The notes beneath the pieces were generated by a model that saw only the letters and a list, made by a program, of their open reading frames with translations, was not told where the DNA came from and did no database searches. A stretch of 62,957 bases of DNA, counting the filler, from Chiloscyllium plagiosum (Eukaryota): NCBI RefSeq assembly GCF_004010195.1. It is 5 parts of one record of this genome, joined end to end, with 100 filler letters (N's around TTAATTAATTAA, not from the genome) between each part and the next. Parts side by side here need not be neighbours in the genome. Positions count along the whole stretch, not along the records: positions 49,188 to 54,558 come from NC_057714.1; positions 54,659 to 62,957 come from NC_057714.1; 3 more parts are not named here. One strand, 5' to 3'. How positions within the stretch are numbered: the stretch's first letter is position 1; every line of letters starts with the position of its first letter. The position numbers were made by a program, and so were the translations under genes. Of the stretch, positions 52,862 through 62,957 are shown piece after piece.

Positions 52862-53297
52862 CCACCTAGCCACGCGACACCTGGAGGAAGAACGCCTCAT
52901 CATCTACCTTGGGACGCTCCAACCACATGGGATCAATATGGATTTCACCAGTTTCCTCATTTCCCCTCCTCCACCTTATCCAACCTTTCAATTCAGCACT
53001 GCCCTCTAGAACTGTGCTACCTGTCCATCTTCCTTCCCACTTATCCACTCCACCCTCCTCTCTGACCTATCACCTTCACCCCTATCATCATCTACCTATC
53101 GCATTCCCAGCTGCCTTCCCCACCCCACCCCTATTTATCTCTCAGCCCCTTTGGGCCACCATATTATTCTTGATGAAGAGCTTATGTTTGAAACCTTGAC
53201 TCTCCTGCTCCTTGGATGCTGCCTGACCTGCTGTGCTTTTCCAGCACCACACTCTTCAACTCTGATCTCCAGCATCTGCAGTCCTCACTTTCTCCTA
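52862..53297 (+). mobile_element. PLE GIY-YIG C-terminus and 3' UTR
   Basis: LATRHLEEERLIIYLGTLQPHGINMDFTSF followed by the terminal repeat ending ctcactttctcct. Confidence 0.9.
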
Positions 53298-54385
53298 CAT
53301 TTACAGATCGTGTGACTGTGAAGGACACAATAACTCCGATGGCCAAGTCATTATTTCAGGATTTTGAAAACAACACTGAAATTATGTTTGCCTTTTCAGA
53401 CGTGCAGTTAGGAGAAAGCGCCATGAATCTACATTATCTGTACTAAGTGTTGAAGACTGAAGTGATGAGACAGTTGGTTCTAATGGATTCAGATATTCAT
53501 ATCTTTAGGCTTTGAGCTCAAGTGCTCAAAGCAGTGTATCTGCTTTAATACATTAATGCAGACTTAAGCATATCTCTAAAGATGTATTGACATACCCTGG
53601 CTCTTAAAGGTATGAAGACATACTTTCTAAAAAAAACATTATCCCAAACAGAACATAGGCACATGTTGTCAATTTGTTGATGATACACAGAGGTTAAAAA
53701 AAATTACAGGAATAAATGTTACCATTTCAATTTAATGTTTTGGAGATTTGACAACCCATCCTTATCCAGTGATGGTATCTCAATCTCAAGAGGCATGCAG
53801 TGTGCTCTGATGCACCAATTGTCTTGCTGCAAGTTGCTGTCACTCACATCATCACCACACAATCATCACTGGAATGTTCTTACTGATGTTGAGCATGATT
53901 GGTGTGTTGTAAATTGATCTGAGCTGGCTTCTGTTTATATACAATGTACTACCATGATCAGTAAAGATTTTATATGATCTGGCTGGTTGCACATTTTAGA
54001 AACCTTTGCGTCAACATGTAAATCAAGGGGAATTTCTTGCAGTTTGTGTGGGGGGAGTGATGGGGATTCATCATGTGTGACATGACCATTCTCGTACCTG
54101 GCTTGTGCCTTTCTTCAAAGTCATATCCTTGTAGATTGTTGACTGATTTGGTTGCATCTCGTATGGTCTATTCCAATTTAGTTCGTGTGGATTGAATCAA
54201 ATGAATTGTGACTATTGAAAGTTTTGTACATACCAATGATCTCACCATTGCTGGACCACTGGTAACCATTTGGTTAAAATTTTGCCAAGCCAAATTGAGG
54301 TTGTTTTACACTGAAGTATAATTCTGCCGATATATGGAATTGGTGATCTTTTATACAATATGAGATGATCTCTCATAGGGAGTGT

Positions 54386-54558
54386 ACTATTGTACTCTAT
54401 GCTACTCTCTCCCCACCCTCACCCTCCTCTAGCTTATCTCTCCATGCTTCAGGCTCTCTGCCTTTATTCCTGATGAAGGGCTTTTGCCCGAAACGTCGAT
54501 TTTGCCTGTCCTCGGATGCTGCCTGAATTGCTGTGCTCTTCCAGCACCACTAATCCAG
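54386..54558 (+). mobile_element. PLE 3' terminus with intact hammerhead core (about 54466-54502)
   Basis: attc CTGATGA a gggc-tttt-gccc GAAAC GTC gatt. Confidence 0.9.
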
Positions 54559-54658
54559 NNNNNNNNNNNNNNNNNNNNNNNNNNNNNNNNNNNNNNNNNN
54601 NNTTAATTAATTAANNNNNNNNNNNNNNNNNNNNNNNNNNNNNNNNNNNNNNNNNNNN

Positions 54659-54744
54659 AGAATGTGCAAACTCCACACAGAGAGTCGCCTGAGGCGGGAA
54701 TTGAACCCGGGTCTCTGGCGCTGTGAGGCAGCAGTGCTAACCAC
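54659..54744 (-). mobile_element. HE1 SINE 5' part
   Basis: gggaattgaacccgggtctctggcgctgtgaggcagcagtgctaaccac. Confidence 0.9.
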
Positions 54745-54856
54745 AGCAGTCTACTTCTGCTTCTAAGTCTCAAGATCTAAAAGATCTAAAAAGATGGTGG
54801 TGACACAGGTAAGAAACTCAAAATTGTGTTCTTGTTTGGTATCACCAAGGGTTTAT

Positions 54857-55179
54857 GGGAGGCACGGTGGCACAGTGGTTCGCACTGCTGCCTCACAGCG
54901 CCAGAGACCCGGGTTCAATTCCCACCTCAGGTGACTCTCTGTGTGGAGTTTGCACATTCTCCCCATGTCTGCGTGGGTTTCTTCCGGGTGCTCCAGTTTC
55001 CTCCCACAGTCCAAAAATGTGCAGGTTAGGTGAATTGGCCATGCTAAATTGCCTGTAGTGTTAGGTGAGGGGGTAGGTATAGGGGTATGGGTCTGGGTGG
55101 TATACGCTTCGGCGGGTCGGTGTGGACTTGTTGGGCCGAAGGCCCTGTTTCCACATTGTAAGTAATCTAATCTAAAAAA
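54857..55179 (+). mobile_element. HE1-type V-SINE, full length and young-looking
   Basis: ggcacggtggcacagtgg head, CpGs retained, (taatc)n tail. Confidence 0.95.
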
Positions 55180-56649
55180 ATCAGCAGTTGAGACACAGGA
55201 GAGAACCATAGATAACTCTCTGGGGATTCCAGAACTGATGTACAGGAGTGGAAAGATAAACCATTGTAAAATATTGTTACAACGACTGAAAACCAGACAA
55301 GTACCACATATTCCATGTGATATCAAAATAACTATATCAGTGCTACAGGTTAAACTTTAATGTCCAAAATGGCTAAGTGAAAATGTCATCCTTATCTTGC
55401 GCTATCGAGGTAATCACTATTGCTGCGTGATAGTTAATAGTTTTATTCATTTATTCATTTGTATGGCAATTCTCATCAACATTCCAACCAATCCTGCCTG
55501 GTCTTCTACATTTTCTAGCCAGTGGAGAGTTCCTGAATTGAATTCTTCCTGGCCATGCTGACAAGCTTCGATGTGGGGACAGAGAGAGCAGGAAGGGATG
55601 GAGGTTCACGTGGTGAGGTAAGTGCAGCTTTAAAAATAATGGAAAACAAACCAGCCTCCATGGAGCCAGGCATTGTAAAGGACTGGAAAGGTTACCATGA
55701 AGGGCTCCTGTTCTCAACCCCTCCTCTTGCATGAGGCACGGTGATCCTCAAGTTAAACCACTACCTATTGTCTCTCTCCCTCTAACGAGTGAGCATTCCT
55801 ATGGTCTGGTAAGATTATGGCAAATTTTCAAGTTGCAGCTACTACTTTTGTTTTCATTAACATAGCTAATAATTAGCAAAAAGTAAGTATCCTATGACAA
55901 TAGTTTTAAATTCTGTCACAATATTTTATAAGTTGCCTGCCAGCAATGCTTTTACATCTTTCTTGTAGCAATAACAAGCTTTTGACTTTTTAATCTAGAG
56001 TTTTAATCTAATGTTCAGCATTTCTAGGCAGCACCCAGTCGTTGGACCTCCGATTCTCTTGGAACCATGCTGCACAATCTCTAGATAAATTGAATAACAA
56101 CAGTCAAAAGAGAATCTTTGGGCTGGATTTAGTCCTACCATCACCGATGGCGCTGCAAATAGTTGAAATCTGACACTAGAAAGATATGGTCACTCCAGCC
56201 CATTACACAATGGTAAGTTCATGAATGCAGGTAATGTAGGCATTCTGCCAGATCACGTAATGGGGAGGAGTCTGATGTTGGGAAGGCCTCGTCACCTATC
56301 TCCAATCCTGGATCTGGTGCCACATTTAACGAGTCAAAAAGGGTGGCACTGGAAAAGCACAGCAGGTCAGGCAGCATTCGAGGAGCAGGAGAGTCAACAT
56401 TTCGGGCATAAGCTTTTCATCAGGAATTTGGAAGGGGGAAGGCAAATGAAAGAGACAGACAGCCCTATGTTACAGCTGCAATTCAGAGTATAGGAAGCCT
56501 ATAAATTGAATTGTCCAACTTTTAAATCTCAATTGCTATCAAAACAAAACATTTTCCAAAGTCCAAGTGGAACAGTCCTCCAGCTTTATACAAAGTTCAA
56601 TCGGAGGGATCAACACTTTTCCAAGATGTCTCCATCCAGCCAACTTGTC

Positions 56650-56830
56650 ATCTCATGGTTTTGCTTGCTGCATGACCTCCTTCACACTGCTATCTGCTGA
56701 TGGGCACAAGGGACCAGCAGATATGGTCAAGGTAGTGTGCAGAGGACAGCAGGTGTGACCTTCATCTGAGGCACATGATTCAGCCCTGGTAAAGAATCAG
56801 TGACCTCCTCCATACTGTGAGAATGAGTTT
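56650..56830 (+). mobile_element. Possible Harbinger Myb/SANT ORF relic
   Basis: LLSADGHKGP...IQPW*RISDLLHTVR resembles LFPxDGRRxP...QCRKRxNDLLRxAR. Confidence 0.35.
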
Positions 56831-56980
56831 GAGAGCCAGACTACCAATAAATGTGTGTCAGAGAAAGAGGGGACTTTTATTTGAATGCTATCCTTTAAAA
56901 TGAGGTGGAATAACTTAGTTGACAATTAAAAATTTAATTCTTTTTTTCAAATCAAGTCAAGTTGGTCAACAAATGGCAAT

Positions 56981-57203
56981 TAGGAGAAAGTGAGGACTAT
57001 AGATGCTGGAGGTCAGAATCGAGAGTGTGGTGCTGGAAAAGTACAGCAGGTCAGGCAGCATCCAAGGAGCAGCAGAATCGACGTTTTGGGCATAAGCTCT
57101 TCTTCAGGAATCATCCTGATGTAAGCTTATGCCCAAAATGTTGATTCTCCTGCTCCTTGGATGCTGCCTGACCTGCTATGCTTTTCCACCACTACATTAT
57201 TGA
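56981..57203. mobile_element. Mini fold-back PLE derivative
   Basis: Arms of about 90 bp inverted around 57110; TSD caacaaatg(g/t)caat at 56967-56980 and 57204-57217. Confidence 0.88.
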
Positions 57204-57527
57204 CAACAAATGTCAATGTATGAATTAAGATTTTCAATGCGACTTTGAGCAATCCAAATTGCTTCAAAAGACAAATTATGCATATGATGTAGAATACGTG
57301 AATAAGGTCTAGTCAATAAGAAGGAAAAATCTCATTGTAATCTATTTGTAATTTTATAATACTCACCCAACTCACTGTATGACCTGTCCAACCATTAACC
57401 AAATCTCAGTGAGATGTTTACACATGCTAGAACCCTAGTCTTCAGGCATGAATGGCAAAACATTAACGTATGGTACAAATTTGGACCCGTGTGTTTTTTG
57501 TTTCCTAATTTCAATTTCTATTTTTAG

Positions 57528-57643
57528 ACAACTTCCGATCACACATCCCAAGAAGACTGGATATCCCTGTCTTCAGTGGCATCGCAAATACCATTCCTTT
57601 TTTAGACAATAGTGAACATGAAATGCAGCGGGAGAGGAACTGA
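57528..57643 (+). CDS. Putative terminal coding exon, unidentified gene
   Basis: Long pyrimidine tract ending tttttAG; reads NFRSHIPRRLDIPVFSGIANTIPFLDNSEHEMQRERN*; AATAAA cluster at about 58170-58220. Confidence 0.35.
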
Positions 57644-60600
57644 AATGAACAGTTCCTGTTTTGCAATTCTCGAGGGCAGCCAAGCGACCACAATCTACTC
57701 CATTTAGATGAAAGCTGATTAAATCCACCCAAACAAGACAAGCAGGTTAGTTGAACGGCTGACTACCCTAAAACTGGAGTCATGACCTGGATGGTAGTGA
57801 ACACTTGTTTTTCAAGCTTGAACAATCAGGAATCCCTTTTTACGCATGAATTCAGTGTAATAATAACCCATTAAAAACCATATGACAAAATATTAGAAGG
57901 AAATTGTATTGGATATTGGTACATGTACATTTTAATGGACTACACTGAAATTGACATTTTCTTCTAAACAGAAAGCTGCAGAGCCAGTAATTTGACCTCA
58001 TACATACAAAACTTGAAATGAATATTTCTAATGCTAGTATGTGACAGATGATTATAAATGCAGTCACAACAAGAATATTTACTGACAATTTCAATGAACT
58101 GATCCATCTGAGGGGAAGAAAACTTTAATTGATCATTTTTAATTGTTTGCATACAAGTATTGCAGTCAATAATAAATAGCCAATCAAGATATTTTCCATG
58201 AAATAAATCTGTTCAATAAAATTGCTTACTTGTCAGCATTGATTGCTAAACCAAGATCTCTCAGATGGCATATTACAGCACCAACAGTCTAACAATAGAT
58301 GTATTCTACATTGTGATGATAAATAAAAATGAGGGAACAACAACTAAGACAGTGGCAAGTGTACAAAAGGCTTTTCACAAATTTCCATTAGCTACATAGA
58401 AGAGAAACTTTCATACATGCTGCAAGAACAGATATATGAACTAATTAATAAAAAGTGATTAATGCTGAAGAAACATATTTTGCCAACATTATTCATCTTC
58501 CACTCAAAGAGAAATAACATTTACACTGTACGAGCGGAGAGTACTGATTTTGTTTTAAGTCTGTCTATTTGGAGATTGTATGACCGCTTTCCATAGCCTT
58601 CCCATTCTGAGGTGGGATTTAAACCTAGCCTTCCTTGCCCAGAGGTAGAGACATTACTACTGTGCCACAAGACACTCAGAACTCCTTGTATACTTTCAAA
58701 AAAAACTACCTATTTGAATAATCAATGACACATTTTTTAACAGCTGAGACTTGATGCTGTATTTTCTCTCCCAAAGGTAGGGCCACTACCACACTGCACA
58801 AAAACACTAACCTGGAAAGTGCTGATTGATTGACAAGTGGACTCTGATTGGTAGAGATATTCCCATGGAGAATGCACAAGTTGGACAATGACTGACAGAG
58901 ACAAATGTATTTTTTTAAGCAATAATCAAGTTCTTCTTGATCAAATGATGTAAATAAGTGGTTAGTAAGGGATGCAACCCAAAAGTAAAATGGTTTCTTT
59001 TACCTAAGCAGTATAGTATTGATTCAGTGCTGTGTGATAGTGTTTCATTAAAATAGAAATATTGCATTCTCAATTATTTTCACTTAGCATCTTTAGGACT
59101 CTGACCACTGAACCCATTTATGCCCCTTTCCTGGACCATGGAACCCCCATGACCATAGCGAACTACCCAATCCCCTGAACATTTCATCAACCTGACTACC
59201 CATCTCAAAGCACTCATTCATCTACCAAATCACTCACATAACCATCATCCATTCACTCATATTAGAACTGAGTGTTTAAACCCAGCATGTCCAACCTTAT
59301 CCCAGTGGAGCATCCCAAGGGATGCTTCACTGCACGTTTCTGTGAAAGCCATACTCTGAAGATCCCAGAAGAAAGGAACATCAGAAATAACCCAATTAGC
59401 ATCTCCCAAGCAGCAGCAACACTTTCACCATGTTTGTTCATCTGTCAACAATACATTCATAAAGCTGCTGGACAGATCCCAACCAAATTTGGCACACACA
59501 TTGGATAGTGTCCTCAGCGACAGTCTGGTTAGTTTTCCAGATCCAAATATAGATCCTGGAATATTTTAAAGAATCCATTAACATTCAGAGATAAAGTGAA
59601 TTGACATTTTTAAAATTAATATGATGGGCTGTTTTAAGACTTTCATCACTGAAGGCAGACAGAGGTAATATTTTCAACCAGTTTGTTAATCTATAAACAA
59701 ACTCTCTCAAAAACTAAAAATTGATTTGTATCAAATCTTAACATACAGCTAGACTATGGTTCAAGAAAAAAAATGTTACTTTTTATTTCACAAGCAAACA
59801 GATTCTGGAATTATTTAAAAGATATCCAGAGAAAAAGTGATTTGATTTTCTTTTACAAGCTGGGGGTTGTTTCAACTGTTGTGGTGGAATTTATCACAGC
59901 TGACAAACAGAGTGTTTTTAGGACAGATTGTTGGATGTGATTCGGTCAGTAGCCTCCACAGTGCAATATATGTTCAGAATGAAAGTATTCCTTTTTGCCA
60001 GCTTTGTAGTTGTAGTATATCAACTAAACAGGGAACAAGTCTCAGGAAGAACTGCATAAGTGTAATAAATAGAGTTAGCACAACATAAAGGATGTATGCA
60101 CTCTATTGAGTGGTCACGACACTTGTTAGGTAGCTAAGTCGAAGCTAAATGAATACTTCACAGAATTATTACTAGTTTGAAATTCTAGCATTTTGACAAT
60201 TATGAAGGCATTTTTAAAATTAATATAGTTTTGTATTTTTTTGCGTTCACAGTTAGAAATGTCAGTGACATTCAGCATTTAGCCCTCCTCTCTCCCTCAA
60301 GAGTACAACACAGGGTGATATTTTATTCTGCATTAACAACGTGTTATAGCCTTGAGTTTTATATTCCTCACACCAACCAGTCTCCACAAGTGAGGTAGCC
60401 AATTAGTAGAGCAGCAAACTTCGCCATCCAATCAGTTTGCACTGGATTCAGACCAATGTCCCCAAGGTTGAAGGAGCCTGTGCAATTACATTTTGCCTCT
60501 CAGTCCTTCACCACAGAATTTTAATACATAAAAATCTGATAAGAATTGTAATTAGTCTGTAATATGCTTTGACCAACTACATATTACTAGCATTATGTAT

Positions 60601-61695
60601 TTAATTCTGAGCTGTTTATGATGTCATAATGTTGTTGCCACCTGTTAAAGGAATTGTAACATGCAAGTACAGTATTTGAGCAAAATATTAGAGCTTTTGT
60701 AGTTGTAAAAATACTATACATGCTGACATAGAGAAAGCTGTTGCAATTTTGCAGTAAATAGAAAACCAAGGACACTTCCCACTCACGGGACCGCTGCTAT
60801 TATTTTTAGATACCAGTAATATTGTGGAACAATCTAATAGTTCAGACAATACATGTTTGAGTGACCTTCAATTTTATCATCAAAATCCCTTCAATTTCAA
60901 ACTGAGCTCTATCCCAGACAATATTTTGCAAAAGTATTTTTGCCTTCAGTACTGAGCTACCAGTCATGCTGGGCAGCATGCAAAACTACAAAGTTACATT
61001 TGTTTTAAGCAATTAAATAACCTTTACGATGTTTATCACAAGGTACAAGGTATGTTTCAAACTAATAGAATAATCAAACTCTCCTGATGGATTCAAACAA
61101 TAGTAATAAGATTGTAAACTTTGAGTTTTCCTCAAAACATTTCCGTACATCACTGGAGATTAAAACGGTTTAAAAAAACCTCTTTATTACCTGAGCCTGT
61201 ATTTATGTTCCACCATCAGTAGAAAACAATCTACTTGTAAAGACATGATACCTGTCAGCAAATTACGACTCCCTGCTTCATATTATGCTGTTCAATGTAA
61301 TGTTGCCTCTTGAATATTGTAACAGAATACCTAGCAATATAATGATCACATCTCCTCATAAATGTGAAGCATTTTTGCCCTGTATTGTTCTATTACAGTA
61401 TGAATTGTAGAATTGTACAATTACCACATCAGCCTGCTTCTTCTTGAGGTTCAATCCATTTTTCAGAAGTGCAGGTAGGTCTCTTATCTTCTGCTTTAAT
61501 TGTCCTTGCCCCTTTACATTTCTGCTCCATTTTAAAGCAGCTAAAAGTCCAACTTCTGGGACACAGAAACTGCCAGGAATATCAGTCGGTTGAGCCATTC
61601 TCTCACAAACTGGCACAGATACTCATTTTTCCTGTACTGCAATGTAGTTCAGTTTGCAGCTGAGTCCACTGTGTTCTGTTTGATAAGCTGCAGTT

Positions 61696-61883
61696 TTACG
61701 TACTCCACCCAGCCATTTGCCTTCTGCTGTGCATATAATCTGCATCTGCATTGTATATCGCATACTGAATGAGGTCATCTACAGGTGCAGGATATCCCAT
61801 TATGCAATGTTTCCTCTTTTCCATTGTAAACCTCCAGTGCTCCAGAAAGGTGGTTTCTGTCTCAATTTCTGTTTCATACAAAT
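61696..61883 (-). CDS. Putative terminal coding exon, unidentified gene
   Basis: Branch-like ctaat then tgttcAG acceptor; LYETEIETETTFLEHWRFTMEKRKHCIMGYPAPVDDLIQYAIYNADADYMHSRRQMAGWST*; repeat-free downstream region with AATAAA at 61183-61188 (minus). Confidence 0.5.
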
Positions 61884-62458
61884 CTGAACATACACAATTA
61901 ATAATTAGATTGTCACATCTGAGGCTTTGCAGTTGAAAACAATGTCACTGCTTTTCGACAATGCAGTGCAAACTCACAAAAAATTAATCGGTACATATTG
62001 AAATTTAGGTTATATTCCTCTTACCAGATACTTAACAAAAAAAAGAATTTCTAAACTGCAATCCTTTTGGCTGTGTTTTGATCTTTAACAGGGTTCTACA
62101 ATCTCCAGAGACCACAGTTAATATTTTTTGTGTCTCAGATTTATCTTCCTTTATTAATTTATTACTTTAATGCAAATAATTAAACAATAGAAGTATTTAA
62201 CAATAATTAATGAATATTCAAATGCTTCATTTGCTAGTTACACAATGTACATTTCTTCCTTCTGTCAACAAAATAATAAATCCTTTGCTCTGTTATTTTG
62301 AGATTTTAAGACCTCTGTTTCAACAACAACATTTATTTATATAATACCTTCAATAATAGTTAGCTATTAATGTTCTTTGTTACTTGTGCCAAGTGACTGT
62401 TCTATTATTTAATGACAAGCAACATATAAAAAATCATTTCGCCACTTCACTTCTTATA

Positions 62459-62765
62459 AAGGTAGACAACCCTTTATCCAAAATCTGAAAAGCTCTGAAA
62501 TCCAAAACTTTTAGTGTATGTGGAACATCATTTTGGCGTGCGAACAGGTGACCCAACTCCAAACCCACTCGAACCACGTGACGCAGATGTGACACGGCTA
62601 CATGGCCCAGCACTGGCAGGCATCAATTGTGTCTCAGTGCTCGTACTATTCACACGTGTGTCTGCTGTTAGGTAATTTTTTTTAATTTCACTCTGAAAAT
62701 GTCATTTTTCCCAAAATCCAAAAAGTTCCGAATTCCGACAAACAACTGGCCCTTGAGGATTTGGA
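62459..62765. mobile_element. Tigger4/MER46-like MITE, right TIR interrupted by a PLE
   Basis: aggtagacaaccctttatccaaaatctgaaaagctctgaaatccaaaac...aaaatccaaaaagttccgaattccg...gaggatttgga. Confidence 0.65.
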
Positions 62766-62957
62766 GGAGAAAGTGAGGTCTGCAGATGCTGGAGATCAGA
62801 GCTGAAAATGTGTTGCTGGAAAGGCGCAGCATGTCAGGCAGCATCCAAGGAACAGGAGAATCGACATTTTGGGCATAAGCCCTTCTTCAGGAATGAGGAA
62901 AGTTTGTCCAGCAGGCTAAGATAAAAGGTAGGGAGGAGGGACTTGGGGGAGGGGCGT
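62764..62957 (-). mobile_element. PLE 3' terminus
   Basis: ggagaaagtgaggtctgcagatgctggag...gcccttcttcaggaat, same family as 4922-5054. Confidence 0.9.

Noticed and set aside
54857..54930. tRNA gene
   Set aside because: The A and B boxes belong to a SINE head followed by a V-domain, with no cloverleaf; the same applies to the other HE1 copies.
4922..62957. Recurrent gctggaaaagcacagcaggtcaggcagcatcc motif as a CRISPR-like repeat
   Set aside because: It is dispersed in both orientations and attached to PLE GIY-YIG coding ends, so it is a PLE terminal sequence in a eukaryotic genome.

Overview
Repeat-dense vertebrate genomic DNA, almost certainly from a shark or other cartilaginous fish. This is inferred from HE1-type V-SINEs, Deu-domain SINEs and shark-like CR1 LINEs. 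No intact full-length gene or autonomous element is visible. The window holds nested CR1 and L2/CR1-group LINE relics and about 15 Penelope-like element (PLE) fragments. Many of these are fold-back structures with 11-14 bp target duplications and minimal hammerhead-ribozyme cores. There are also Harbinger, Tigger and Gypsy relics and five assembly gaps. The main structure is a decayed minus-strand endogenous retrovirus at 14853-21206: two LTRs, a tRNA-Ser PBS, a PPT, a gag 5' relic, RNase H-integrase, and an atypical env behind a splice acceptor, with no protease or RT visible. Three short locally templated duplications (57-117 bp, donor 1.2-1.5 kb away) stand out. Several unidentified exon-like segments suggest a possibly decayed plus-strand gene (about 30-58 kb) converging on the last exon of a minus-strand gene (about 61.7-61.9 kb).
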